Source: Auanema rhodensis (lineage: Eukaryota > Animalia > Nematoda). From it: DNA of 64,000 bases. Made by a program: the position numbers and the translations under genes. Below, piece by piece: positions 1-12,484 of this stretch. How positions within the stretch are numbered: the stretch's first letter is position 1; every line of letters begins with the position of its first letter. The notes below the pieces were generated by a model that was given only the letters and a program-made list of their open reading frames with translations, ran no database searches and was not told the origin of the DNA. The DNA lies in assembly GCA_964057225.1 (NCBI GenBank), contig OZ059900.1, positions 1,426,001-1,490,000 of the forward strand. Direction: 5' to 3'.

Positions 1-73
1 AACAACAAAAGTCATCAATTAAACGCTAGTGATATTTAAATACTGATTTTCGCTCAAGTAGCATTACTACACT

Positions 74-1463
74 AAGTATGGTCGTTTTTATGCCTTTAAC
101 ACCATATACTCACCGATTTTTGGTACAAAATCTGTAATACTTGTAAATTTTGATCATATTCGTTAAGATTTGAGAATCAAACATACAATACACAAAATCA
201 GTCTATTTTTATGAGTTTGCACTGATATATATTCATTTTGATCAAAAAAGGTCGAAAATAGAAAGAATTTTTGAATTTTCCGAGTTTTGAGTCCAATTGG
301 GCTAAATCGCTCATATATATAATCAAAAGCATAGTTTTACTGTCTATGATAACAAAAGTCATCAATTAAACGCTAGTGATGTTCAAATACTGATTTTCGC
401 TCAAATAGCATTACTACACTAAGTATGGTCGTTTTTATGCCTTTAACACCATATACTCACCGATTTTTGGTACAAAATCTGTAATACTCGTAAAATTTGA
501 TCATATTTGTTAAGATTTGAGAATCAAACACACAATACACAAAATCAGTCTATTTTTATGAGTTTACACTGATATATATTCATTTTCATCAAAAAAGGTC
601 GAAAATAGAAAGAATTTTTGAATTTTCCGAGTTTTGAGTCGAATTGGGCTAAATCGCTCATATATATGATCAAAAGCATAGTTTTACTGTCTATGATAAC
701 AAAAGTCTTCAAATATACACTAATAATGATTAAATCACTGAATTTCACTCAAATAGCATTACTACACTAAGTATGGTCGTTTTTATGCCTTTAACACCAT
801 ATACTCACCGATTTTTGGTACAAAATCTGTAATACTTGTAAATTTTGATCATATTTGTTAAGATTTGAGAATCAAACATACAATACACAAAATCAGTCTA
901 TTTTTATGAGTTTGCACTGATATATATTCATTTTGATCAAAAAAGGTCGAAAATAGAAAGAATTTTTGAATTTTCCGAGTTTTGAGTCCAATTGGGCTAA
1001 ATCGCTCATATATATAATCAAAAGCATAGTTTTACTGTCTATGATAACAAAAGTCATCAATTAAACGCTAGTGATGTTCAAATACTGATTTTCGCTCAAA
1101 TAGCATTACTACACTAAGTATGGTCGTTTTTATGCCTTTAACACCATATACTCACCGATTTTTGGTACAAAATCTGTAATACTCGTAAAATTTGATCATA
1201 TTTGTTAAGATTTGAGAATCAAACACACAATACACAAAATCAGTCTATTTTTATGAGTTTACACTGATATATATTCATTTTCATCAAAAAAGGTCGAAAA
1301 TAGAAAGAATTTTTGAATTTTCCGAGTTTTGAGTCGAATTGGGCTAAATCGCTCATATATATGATCAAAAGCATAGTTTTACTGTCTATGATAACAAAAG
1401 TCTTCAAATATACACTAATAATGATTAAATCACTGAATTTCACTCAAATAGCATTACTACACT
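74..1463. repeat. Higher-order dimer (695 bp = 347+348), 2 copies
   Basis: Identical ORFs at 545 and 1240 (offset 695). Shared rare variants tataatca, gttcaaat and gtcgaattggg. One SNP seen (161 vs 856). Confidence 0.85.
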
Positions 1464-2869
1464 AAGTATGGTCGTTTTTATGCCTTTAACACCATATACT
1501 CACCGATTTTTGGTACAAAATCTGTAATACTTGTAAATTTTGATCATATTTGTTAAGATTCGAGAATCAAACACATAATACACAAAATAAGTCTATTTTT
1601 ATGAGTTTGCACTGATATTTATTCATTTTGATCAAAAAAGGTCGAAAATAGAAAGAATTTTTGAAATTTCCGAGTTTTGAGTCTAATTTGGCTAAATCGC
1701 TCATATATATGATCAGAAGCATAGTTTTATTGTCTATGACAACAAAAATCATCAATTAAACGCTAGTGATGTTTAAATACTGATTTTCGCTCAAATAGCA
1801 TTACTACACTAAGTATGGTCGTTTTTATGCCTTTAACACCATATACTCACCGATTTTTGGTACAAAATCTGTAATACTCGTAAATTTTGATCATATTCGT
1901 TAAGATTTGAGAATCAAACATACAATACACAAAATCAGTCTATTTTTATGAGCTTGCACTGATATATATTCATTTTGATCAAAAAAGGTCGAAAATAGAA
2001 AGAATTTTTGAAATTTCCGAGTTTTGAGTCTAATTTGGCTAAATCGCTCATATATATGATCAAAAGCATAGTTTCACTGTCTATGATAACAAAAGTCTTC
2101 AAATATACACTAATAATGATTAAATCACTGAATTTCAGTCAAATAGCATTACTACACTAAGTATGGTCGTTTTTATGCCTTTAACACCATATACTCACCG
2201 ATTTTTGGTACAAAATCTGTAATACTTGTAAATTTTGATCATATTTGTTAAGATTCGAGAATCAAACACATAATACACGAAATAAGTCTATTTTTACAAG
2301 TTTGCACTGATATTTATTCATTTTGATCAAAAAAGGTCGAAAATAGAAAGAATTTTTGAAATTTCCGAGTTTTGAGTCCAATTTGGCTAAATCGCTCATA
2401 TATAAGATCAAAAGCATAGTTTTATTGTCTATAACAACAAAAGTCATCAATTAAACGCTAGTGATATTTAAATACTGATTTTCGCTCAAGTAGCATTACT
2501 ACACTAAGTATGGTCGTTTTTATGCCTTTAACACCATATACTCACCGATTTTTGGTACAAAATCTGTAATACTTGTAAATTTTGATCATATTCGTTAAGA
2601 TTTGAGAATCAAACATACAATACACAAAATCAGTCTATTTTTATGAGCTTGCACTGATATATATTCATTTTGATCAAAAAAGGTCGAAAATAGAAAGAAT
2701 TTTCGAAATTTCCGAGTTTTGAGTCTAATTTGGCTAAATCGCTCATATATATGATCAGAAGCATAGTTTCATTGTCTATGACAACAAAAATCATCAATTA
2801 AACGCTAGTGATGTTTAAATACTGATTTTCGCTCAAATAGCATTACTACACTAAGTATGGTCGTTTTTA

Positions 2870-5800
2870 TGCCTTTAACACCATATACTCACCGATTTTT
2901 GGTACAAAATCTGTAATACTCGTAAATTTTGATCATATTCGTTAAGATTTGAGAATCAAACATACAATACACAAAATCAGTCTATTTTTATGAGCTTGCA
3001 CTGATATATATTCATTTTGATCAAAAAAGGTCGAAAATAGAAAGAATTTTTGAAATTTCCGAGTTTTGAGTCTAATTTGGCTAAATCGCTCATATATATG
3101 ATCAAAAGCATAGTTTTACTGTCTATGATAACAAAAGTCTTCAAATATACACTAATAATGATTAAATCACTGAATTTCAGTCAAATAGCATTACTACACT
3201 AAGTATGGTCGTTTTTATGCCTTTAACACCATATACTCACCGATTTTTGGTACAAAATCTGTAATACTTGTAAATTTTGATCATATTTGTTAAGATTCGA
3301 GAATCAAACACATAATACACGAAATAAGTCTATTTTTACAAGTTTGCACTGATATTTATTCATTTTGATCAAAAAAGGTCGAAAATAGAAAGAATTTTTG
3401 AAATTTCCGAGTTTTGAGTCCAATTTGGCTAAATCGCTCATATATAAGATCAAAAGCATAGTTTTACTGTCTATGATAACAAAAGTCTTCAAATATACAC
3501 TAATAATGATTAAATCACTGAATTTCACTCAAATAGCATTACTACACTAAGTATGGTCGTTTTTATGCCTTTAACACCATATACTCACCGATTTTTGGTA
3601 CAAAATCTGTAATACTTGTAAATTTTGATCATATTTGTTAAGATTCGAGAATCAAACACATAATACAAAAAATAAGTCTATTTTTACAAGTTTGCACTGA
3701 TATTTATTCATTTTGATCAAAAAAGGTCGAAAATAGAAAGAATTTTTGAATTTTCCGAGTTTTGAGTCCAATTGGGCTAAATCGCTCATATATAAGATCA
3801 AAAGCATAGTTTTATTGTCTATAACAACAAAAGTCATCAATTAAACGCTAGTGATATTTAAATACTGATTTTCGCTCAAGTAGCATTACTACACTAAGTA
3901 TGGTCGTTTTTATGCCTTTAACACCATATACTCACCGATTTTTGGTACAAAATCTGTAATACTCGTAAAATTTGATCATATTTGTTAAGATTTGAGAATC
4001 AAACACACAATACACAAAATCAGTCTATTTTTATGAGTTTACACTGATATATATTCATTTTCATCAAAAAAGGTCGAAAATAGAAAGAATTTTTGAATTT
4101 TCCGAGTTTTGAGTCGAATTGGGCTAAATCGCTCATATATATGATCAAAAGCATAGTTTTACTGTCTATGATAACAAAAGTCTTCAAATATACACTAATA
4201 ATGATTAAATCACTGAATTTCACTCAAATAGCATTACTACACTAAGTATGGTCGTTTTTATGCCTTTAACACCATATACTCACCGATTTTTGGTACAAAT
4301 TCTGTAATACTTGTAAATTTTGATCATATTCGTTAAGATTTGAGAATAAAACATACAATACACAAAATCAGTCTATTTTTATGAGCTTGCACTGATATAT
4401 ATTCATTTTGATCAAAAAAGGTCGAAAATAGAAAGAATTTTTGAAATTTCCGAGTTTTGAGTCTAATTTGGCTAAATCGCTCATATATATGATCAGAAGC
4501 ATAGTTTTATTGTCTATGACAACAAAAGTCATTAGTTAAAAACTAATGATGATTAAATCACTGAATTTCACTCAAATAGCATTACTACACTAAGTATGGT
4601 CGTTTTTATGCCTTTAACACCATATACTCACCGATTTTTGGTACAAAATCTGTAATACTTGTAAATTTTGATCATATTTGTTGAGATTCGAGAATCAAAC
4701 ACATAATACAAAAAATAAGTCTATTTTTACAAGTTTGCACTGATATTTATTCATTTTGATCAAAAAAGGTCGAAAATAGAAAGAATTTTTGAAATTTCCG
4801 AGTTTTGAGTCCAATTTGGCTAAATCGCTCATATATATGATCAAAAGCATAGTTTTATTGTCTATGACAACAAAAGTCATCAATTAAACGCTAGTGATGT
4901 TTAAATACTGATTTTCGCTCAAATAGCATTACTACACTAAGTATGGTCGTTTTTATGCCTTTAACACCATATACTCACCGATTTTTGGTACAAAATCTGT
5001 GATACTCGTAAATTTTGATCATATTCGGTGAGATTCGAGAATCAAACACACAATGCACGAAATAAGTTTATTTTGACGAGTTTGCACTGATATTTATTCA
5101 TTTTGATCAAAAAAGATCGAAAATAGAAAGAATTTTTGAATTTTCCGAGTTTTGAGTCCAATTGGGCTAAATCGCTCATATATATGATCAAAAGCATAGT
5201 TTTATTGTCTATAACAACAAAAGTCATCAATTAAACGCTAGTGATGTTTAAATACTGAATTTCGCTCAAATAGCATTACTACACTAAGTATGGTCGTTTT
5301 TATGCCTTTAACACCATATACTCACCGATTTTTGGTACAAAATCTGTAATACTCGTAAATTTTGATCATATTCGTTAAGATTTGAGAATCAAACATACAA
5401 TACACAAAATCAGTCTATTTTTATGAGCTTGCACTGATATATATTCATTTTGATCAAAAAAGGTCGAAAATAGAAAGAATTTTTGAAATTTCCGAGTTTT
5501 GAGTCTAATTTGGCTAAATCGCTCATATATATGATCAAAAGCATAGTTTTACTGTCTATGATAACAAAAGTCTTCAAATATACACTAATAATGATTAAAT
5601 CACTGAATTTCAGTCAAATAGCATTACTACACTAAGTATGGTCGTTTTTATGCCTTTAACACCATATACTCACCGATTTTTGGTACAAAATCTGTAATAC
5701 TTGTAAATTTTGATCATATTTGTTAAGATTCGAGAATCAAACACATAATACACGAAATAAGTCTATTTTTACAAGTTTGCACTGATATTTATTCATTTTG

Positions 5801-6380
5801 ATCAAAAAAGGTCGAAAATAGAAAGAATTTTTGAAATTTCCGAGTTTTGAGTCCAATTTGGCTAAATCGCTCATATATAAGATCAAAAGCATAGTTTTAC
5901 TGTCTATGATAACAAAAGTCTTCAAATATACACTAATAATGATTAAATCACTGAATTTCACTCAAATAGCATTACTACACTAAGTATGGTCGTTTTTATG
6001 CCTTTAACACCATATACTCACCGATTTTTGGTACAAAATCTGTAATACTTGTAAATTTTGATCATATTTGTTAAGATTCGAGAATCAAACACATAATACA
6101 AAAAATAAGTCTATTTTTACAAGTTTGCACTGATATTTATTCATTTTGATCAAAAAAGGTCGAAAATAGAAAGAATTTTTGAATTTTCCGAGTTTTGAGT
6201 CCAATTGGGCTAAATCGCTCATATATAAGATCAAAAGCATAGTTTTATTGTCTATAACAACAAAAGTCATCAATTAAACGCTAGTGATATTTAAATACTG
6301 ATTTTCGCTCAAGTAGCATTACTACACTAAGTATGGTCGTTTTTATGCCTTTAACACCATATACTCACCGATTTTTGGTA
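2870..6380. repeat. Partial duplication at 7-monomer offset (2433 bp): about 2870-3950 matches about 5300-6380
   Basis: ORF pairs 3304/5737 and 3652/6085 are identical at offset 2433. Shared variants tttcagtcaaa and tataagatca. Confidence 0.75.
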
Positions 6381-9300
6381 CAAATTCTGTAATACTTGTA
6401 AATTTTGATCATATTCGTTAAGATTTGAGAATAAAACATACAATACACAAAATCAGTCTATTTTTATGAGCTTGCACTGATATATATTCATTTTGATCAA
6501 AAAAGGTCGAAAATAGAAAGAATTTTTGAAATTTCCGAGTTTTGAGTCTAATTTGGCTAAATCGCTCATATATATGATCAGAAGCATAGTTTTATTGTCT
6601 ATGACAACAAAAGTCATTAGTTAAAAACTAATGATGATTAAATCACTGAATTTCACTCAAATAGCATTACTACACTAAGTATGGTCGTTTTTATGCCTTT
6701 AACACCATATACTCACCGATTTTTGGTACAAAATCTGTAATACTTGTAAATTTTGATCATATTTGTTGAGATTCGAGAATCAAACACATAATACAAAAAA
6801 TAAGTCTATTTTTACAAGTTTGCACTGATATTTATTCATTTTGATCAAAAAAGGTCGAAAATAGAAAGAATTTTTGAAATTTCCGAGTTTTGAGTCCAAT
6901 TTGGCTAAATCGCTCATATATATGATCAGAAGCATAGTTTTATTGTCTATGACAACAAATGTCATCAATTAAACGCTAGTGATGTTTAAATACTGATTTT
7001 CGCTCAAATAGCATTACTACACTAAGTATGGTCGTTTTTATGCCTTTAACACCATATACTCACCGATTTTTGGTACAAAATCTGTAATACTCGTAAATTT
7101 TGATCATATTTGTTAAGATTTGAAAATCAAACACACAATAAACAAAATCAGTCTATTTTTATGAGTTTGCACTGATATATATTCATTTTGATCAAAAAAG
7201 GTCGAAAATAGAAAGAATTTTTGAATTTTCCGAGTTTTGAGTCCAATTGGGCTAAATCGCTCATATATATGATCAAAAGCATAGTTTTACTGTCTATGAT
7301 AACAAAAGTCATCAATTAAACGCTAGTGATGTTTAAATACTGATTTTCGCTCAAATAGCATTACTACACTAAGTATGGTCGTTTTTATGCCTTTAACACC
7401 ATATACTCACCGATTTTTGGTACAAAATCTGTGATACTCGTAAATTTTGATCATATTCAGTGAGATTCGAGAATCAAACACACAATACACGAAATAAGTT
7501 TATTTTTACGAGTTTGCACTGATATTTATTCATTTTGATCAAAAAAGTTCGAAAACAGAAAGAATTTTTGAAATTTCCGAGTTTTGAGTCTAATTTGGCT
7601 AAATCGCTCATATATATGATCAGAAGCATAGTTTTATTGTCTATGACAACAAAAGTCATCAATTAAACGCTAGTGATGTTTAAATACTGAATTTCGCTCA
7701 AATAGCATTACTACACTAAGTATGGTCGTTTTTATGCCTTTAACACCATATACTCACCGATTTTTGGTACAAAATCTGTAATACTCGTAAATTTTGATCA
7801 TATTCGGTGAGATTCGAGAATCAAACACACAATACACGAAATAAGTTTATTTTGACGAGTTTGAACTGGTATTTATTCATTTTGATCAAAAAAGGTCGAA
7901 AATAGAAAGAATTTTTGAATTTTCCGAGTTTTGAGTCCAATTGGGCTAAATCGCTCATATATATGATCAAAAGCATAGTTTTACTGTCTATGATAACAAA
8001 AGTCTTCAAATATACACTAATAATGATTAAATCACTGAATTTCACTCAAATAGCATTACTACACTAAGTATGGTCGTTTTTATGCCTTTAACACCATATA
8101 CTCACCGATTTTTGGTACAAAATCTGTAATACTTGTAAATTTTGATCATATTTGTTAAGATTCGAGAATCGAACACACAATACAAAAAATAAGTCTATTT
8201 TTACAAGTTTGCACTGATATTTATTCATTTTGATCAAAAAAGGTCGAAAATAGAAAGAATTTTTGAAATTTCCGAGTTTTGAGTCTAATTTGGCTAAATC
8301 GCTCATATATATGATCAAAAGCATAGTTTTATTGTCTATAACAACAAAAGTCATCAATTAAACGCTAGTGATATTTAAATACTGATTTTCGCTCAAGTAG
8401 CATTACTACACTAAGTATGGTCGTTTTTATGCCTTTAACACCATATACTCACCGATTTTTGGTACAAATTCTGTAATACTTGTAAATTTTGATCATATTC
8501 GTTAAGATTTGAGAATCAAACATACAATACACAAAATCAGTCTATTTTTATGAGCTTGCACTGATATATATTCATTTTGATCAAAAAAGGTCGAAAATAG
8601 AAAGAATTTTTGAAATTTCCGAGTTTTGAGTCTAATTTGGCTAAATCGCTCATATATATGATCAGAAGCATAGTTTTATTGTCTATGACAACAAAAATCA
8701 TCAATTAAACGCTAGTGATGTTTAAATACTGATTTTCGCTCAAATAGCATTACTACACTAAGTATGGTCGTTTTTATGCCTTTAACACCATATACTCACC
8801 GATTTTTGGTACAAAATCTGTAATACTCGTAAAATTTGATCATATTTGTTAAGATTTGAGAATCAAACACACAATACACAAAATCAGTCTATTTTTATGA
8901 GTTTACACTGATATATATTCATTTTCATCAAAAAAGGTCGAAAATAGAAAGAATTTTTGAAATTTCCGAGTTTTGAGTCTAATTTGGCTAAATCGCTCAT
9001 ATATATGATCAGAAGCATAGTTTTATTGTCTATGACAACAAAAATCATCAATTAAACGCTAGTGATGTTTAAATACTGAATTTCGCTCAAATAGCATTAC
9101 TACACTAAGTATGGTCGTTTTTATGCCTTTAACACCATATACTCACCGATTTTTGGTACAAAATCTGTAATACTCGTAAATTTTGATCATATTCGGTGAG
9201 ATTCGAGAATCAAACACACAATACACGAAATAAGTTTATTTTGACGAGTTTGAACTGGTATTCATTCATTTTGATCAAAAAAGGTCGAAAATAGAAAGAA

Positions 9301-12300
9301 TTTTTGAATTTTCCGAGTTTTGAGTCCAATTGGGCTAAATCGCTCATATATATGATCAAAAGCATAGTTTTACTGTCTATGATAACAAAAGTCTTCAAAT
9401 ATACACTAATAATGATTGAATCACTGAATTTCACTCAAATAGCATTACTACACTAAGTATGGTCGTTTTTATGCCTTTAACACCATATACTCACCGATTT
9501 TTGGTACAAAATCTGTGATACTCGTAAATTTTGATCATATTCGGTGAGATTCGAGAATCGAACACACAATACACAAAATAAGTCTATTTTTACGAGTTTG
9601 CACTGATATTTATTCATTTTGATCAAAAAAGGTCGAAAATAGAAAGAATTTTTGAAATTTCCGAGTTTTGAGTCTAATTTGGCTAAATCGCTCATATATA
9701 TGATCAAAAGCATAGTTTTACTGTCTATGATAACAAAAGTCTTCAAATATACACTAATAATGTGTAAATCACTGAATTTCACTCAAATAGCTTTACTACA
9801 CTAAGTATGGTCGTTTTTATGCCTTTAACACCATATACTCACCGATTTTTGGTACAAAATCTGTAATACTCGTAAATTTTGATCATATTCGTTAAGATTT
9901 GAGAATCAAACATACAATACACAAAATCAGTCTATTTTTATGAGCTTGCACTGATATATATTCATTTTGATCAAAAAAGGTCGAAAATAGAAAGAATTTT
10001 TGAATTTTCCGAGTTTTGAGTCCAATTGGGCTAAATCGCTCATATATATGATCAAAAGCATAGTTTCACTGTCTATGATAACAAAAGTCTTCAAATATAC
10101 ACTAGTAATGATTAAATCACTGAATTTCACTCAAATAGCTTTACTACACTAAGTATGGTCGTTTTTATGCCTTTAACACCATATACTCACCGATTTTTGG
10201 TACAAAATCTGTAATACTCGTAAATTTCGATCATATCCGTTAAGATTCGAGAATCAAACACACAATACACAAAATAAGTTTATTTTTACGAGTTTGCACT
10301 GATATTTATTCATTTTGATCAAAAAAGGTCGAAAATAGAAAGAATTTTTGAATTTTCCGAGTTTTGAGTCCAATTGGGCTAAATCGCTCATATATATGAT
10401 CAAAAGCATAGTTTCACTGTCTATGATAACAAAAGTCTTCAAATATACACTAGTAATGATTAAATCACTGAATTTCACTCAAATAGCTTTACTACACTAA
10501 GTATGGTCGTTTTTATGCCTTTAACACCATATACTCACCGATTTTTGGTACAAAATCTGTAATACTCGTAAATTTCGATCATATCCGTTAAGATTCGAGA
10601 ATCAAACACACAATACACGAAATAAGTTTATTTTTACGAGTTTGCACTGATATTTATTCATTTTGATCAAAAAAGGTCGAAAATAGAAAGAATTTTTGAA
10701 TTTTCCGAGTTTTGAGTCCAATTTGGCTAAATCGCTCATATATATGATCAAAAGCATAGTTCTATTGTCTATAACAACAAAAGTCTTTAATTAAACGCTA
10801 GTGATGTTTTAATACTGAATTTTGCTCAAATAGCATTACTACACTAAGTATGGTCGTTTTTATGCCTTTAACACCATATACTCACCGATTTTTGGTACAA
10901 AATCTGTAATACTTGTAAATTTTGATCATATTCGTTAAGATTCGAAAATCAAACACACAATACACGAAATAAGTTTATTTTTACAAGTTTGCACTGATAT
11001 TTATTCATTTTGATCAAAAAAGGTCGAAAATAGAAAGAATTTTTGAAATTTCCGAGTTTTGAGTCTAATTTGGCTAAATCGCTCATATATATGATCAGAA
11101 GCATAGGTGTATTGTCTATGACAACAAAAGTCATTAATTAAACACTAATGATGTTTAAATCACTAAATTTCGCTCTAATAGCATTACTACACTAAGTATG
11201 GTCGCTTTTATGACTTTAACACCATATACTCACCGATTTTTGGTACAAAATCTGTAATACTCGTAAATTTTGATCATATTCGTTAAGATTTGAGAATCAA
11301 ACACACAATACACAATATCAGTCTATTTTTATGAGCTTGCACTGATATATATTCATTTTGATCAAAAAAGGTCGAAAATAGAAAGAATTTTTGAAATTTC
11401 CGAGTTTTGAGTCCAATTTGGCTAAATCGCTCATATATATGATCAAAAGCATAGTTCTATTGTCTATAACAACAAAAGTCTTTAATTAAACGCTAGTGAT
11501 GTTTTAATACTGAATTTTGCTCAAATAGCATTACTACACTAAGTATGGTCGTTTTTATGCCTTTAACACCATATACTCACCGATTTTTGGTACAAAATCT
11601 GTAATACTTGTAAGTTTTGATCATATTCGTTAAGATTCGAAAATCAAACACACAATACACGAAATAAGTTTATTTTTACAAGTTTGCACTGATATTTATT
11701 CATTTTGATCAAAAAAGGTCGAAAATAGAAAGAATTTTTGAAATTTCCGAGTTTTGAGTCTAATTTGGCTAAATCGCTCATATATATGATCAAAAGCATA
11801 GTTTCACTGTCTATGATAACAAAAGTCTTCAAATATACACTAGTAATGATTAAATCACTGAATTTCACTCAAATAGCATTACTACACTAAGTATGGTCGT
11901 TTTTATGCCTTTAACACCATATCCTCACCGATTTTTGGTACAAAATCTGTAATACTTGTAAATTTTGATCATATTCGTTAAGATTTGAGAATCAAACACA
12001 TAATACACGAAATAAGTCTATTTTTATGAGTTTGCACTGATATTTATTCATTTTGATCAAAAAAGGTCGAAAATAGAAAGAATTTTTGAAATTTCCGAGT
12101 TTTGAATCCAATTGGGCTAAATCGCTCATATATATGATCAAAAGCATAGTTTTATTGTCTATGATAACAAAAGTCTTCAAATATACACTAATAATGTGTA
12201 AATCACTGAATTTCACTCAAATAGCTTTACTACACTAAGTATGGTCGTTTTTATGCCTTTAACACCATATACTCACCGATTTTTGGTACAAAATCTGTAA

Positions 12301-12484
12301 TACTCGTAAATTTTGATCATATTCGTTAAGATTTGAGAATCAAACATACAATACACAAAATCAGTCTATTTTTATGAGCTTGCACTGATATATATTCATT
12401 TTGATCAAAAAAGGTCGAAAATAGAAAGAATTTTTGAAATTTCCGAGTTTTGAGTCTAATTTGGCTAAATCGCTCATATATATA

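Noticed and set aside
74-420. 5S rDNA, tRNA, snRNA or spliced-leader tandem gene unit
   Set aside because: The unit size is compatible, but I recognise no 5S, tRNA or snRNA sequence or Pol III boxes, and GC is uniformly low. An Rfam/Infernal scan would settle it.
74-420. Canonical CENP-B box (TTCG....A..CGGG)
   Set aside because: TTCG occurs, but no CGGG or CCCG was seen at the required spacing on either strand.
151-498. Deeper ~85-bp sub-repeat suggested by tgatca-type motifs at 151, 239 and 320
   Set aside because: Spacing is irregular (88, 81), there is no fourth copy at about 405, and flanking similarity is too weak to support it.
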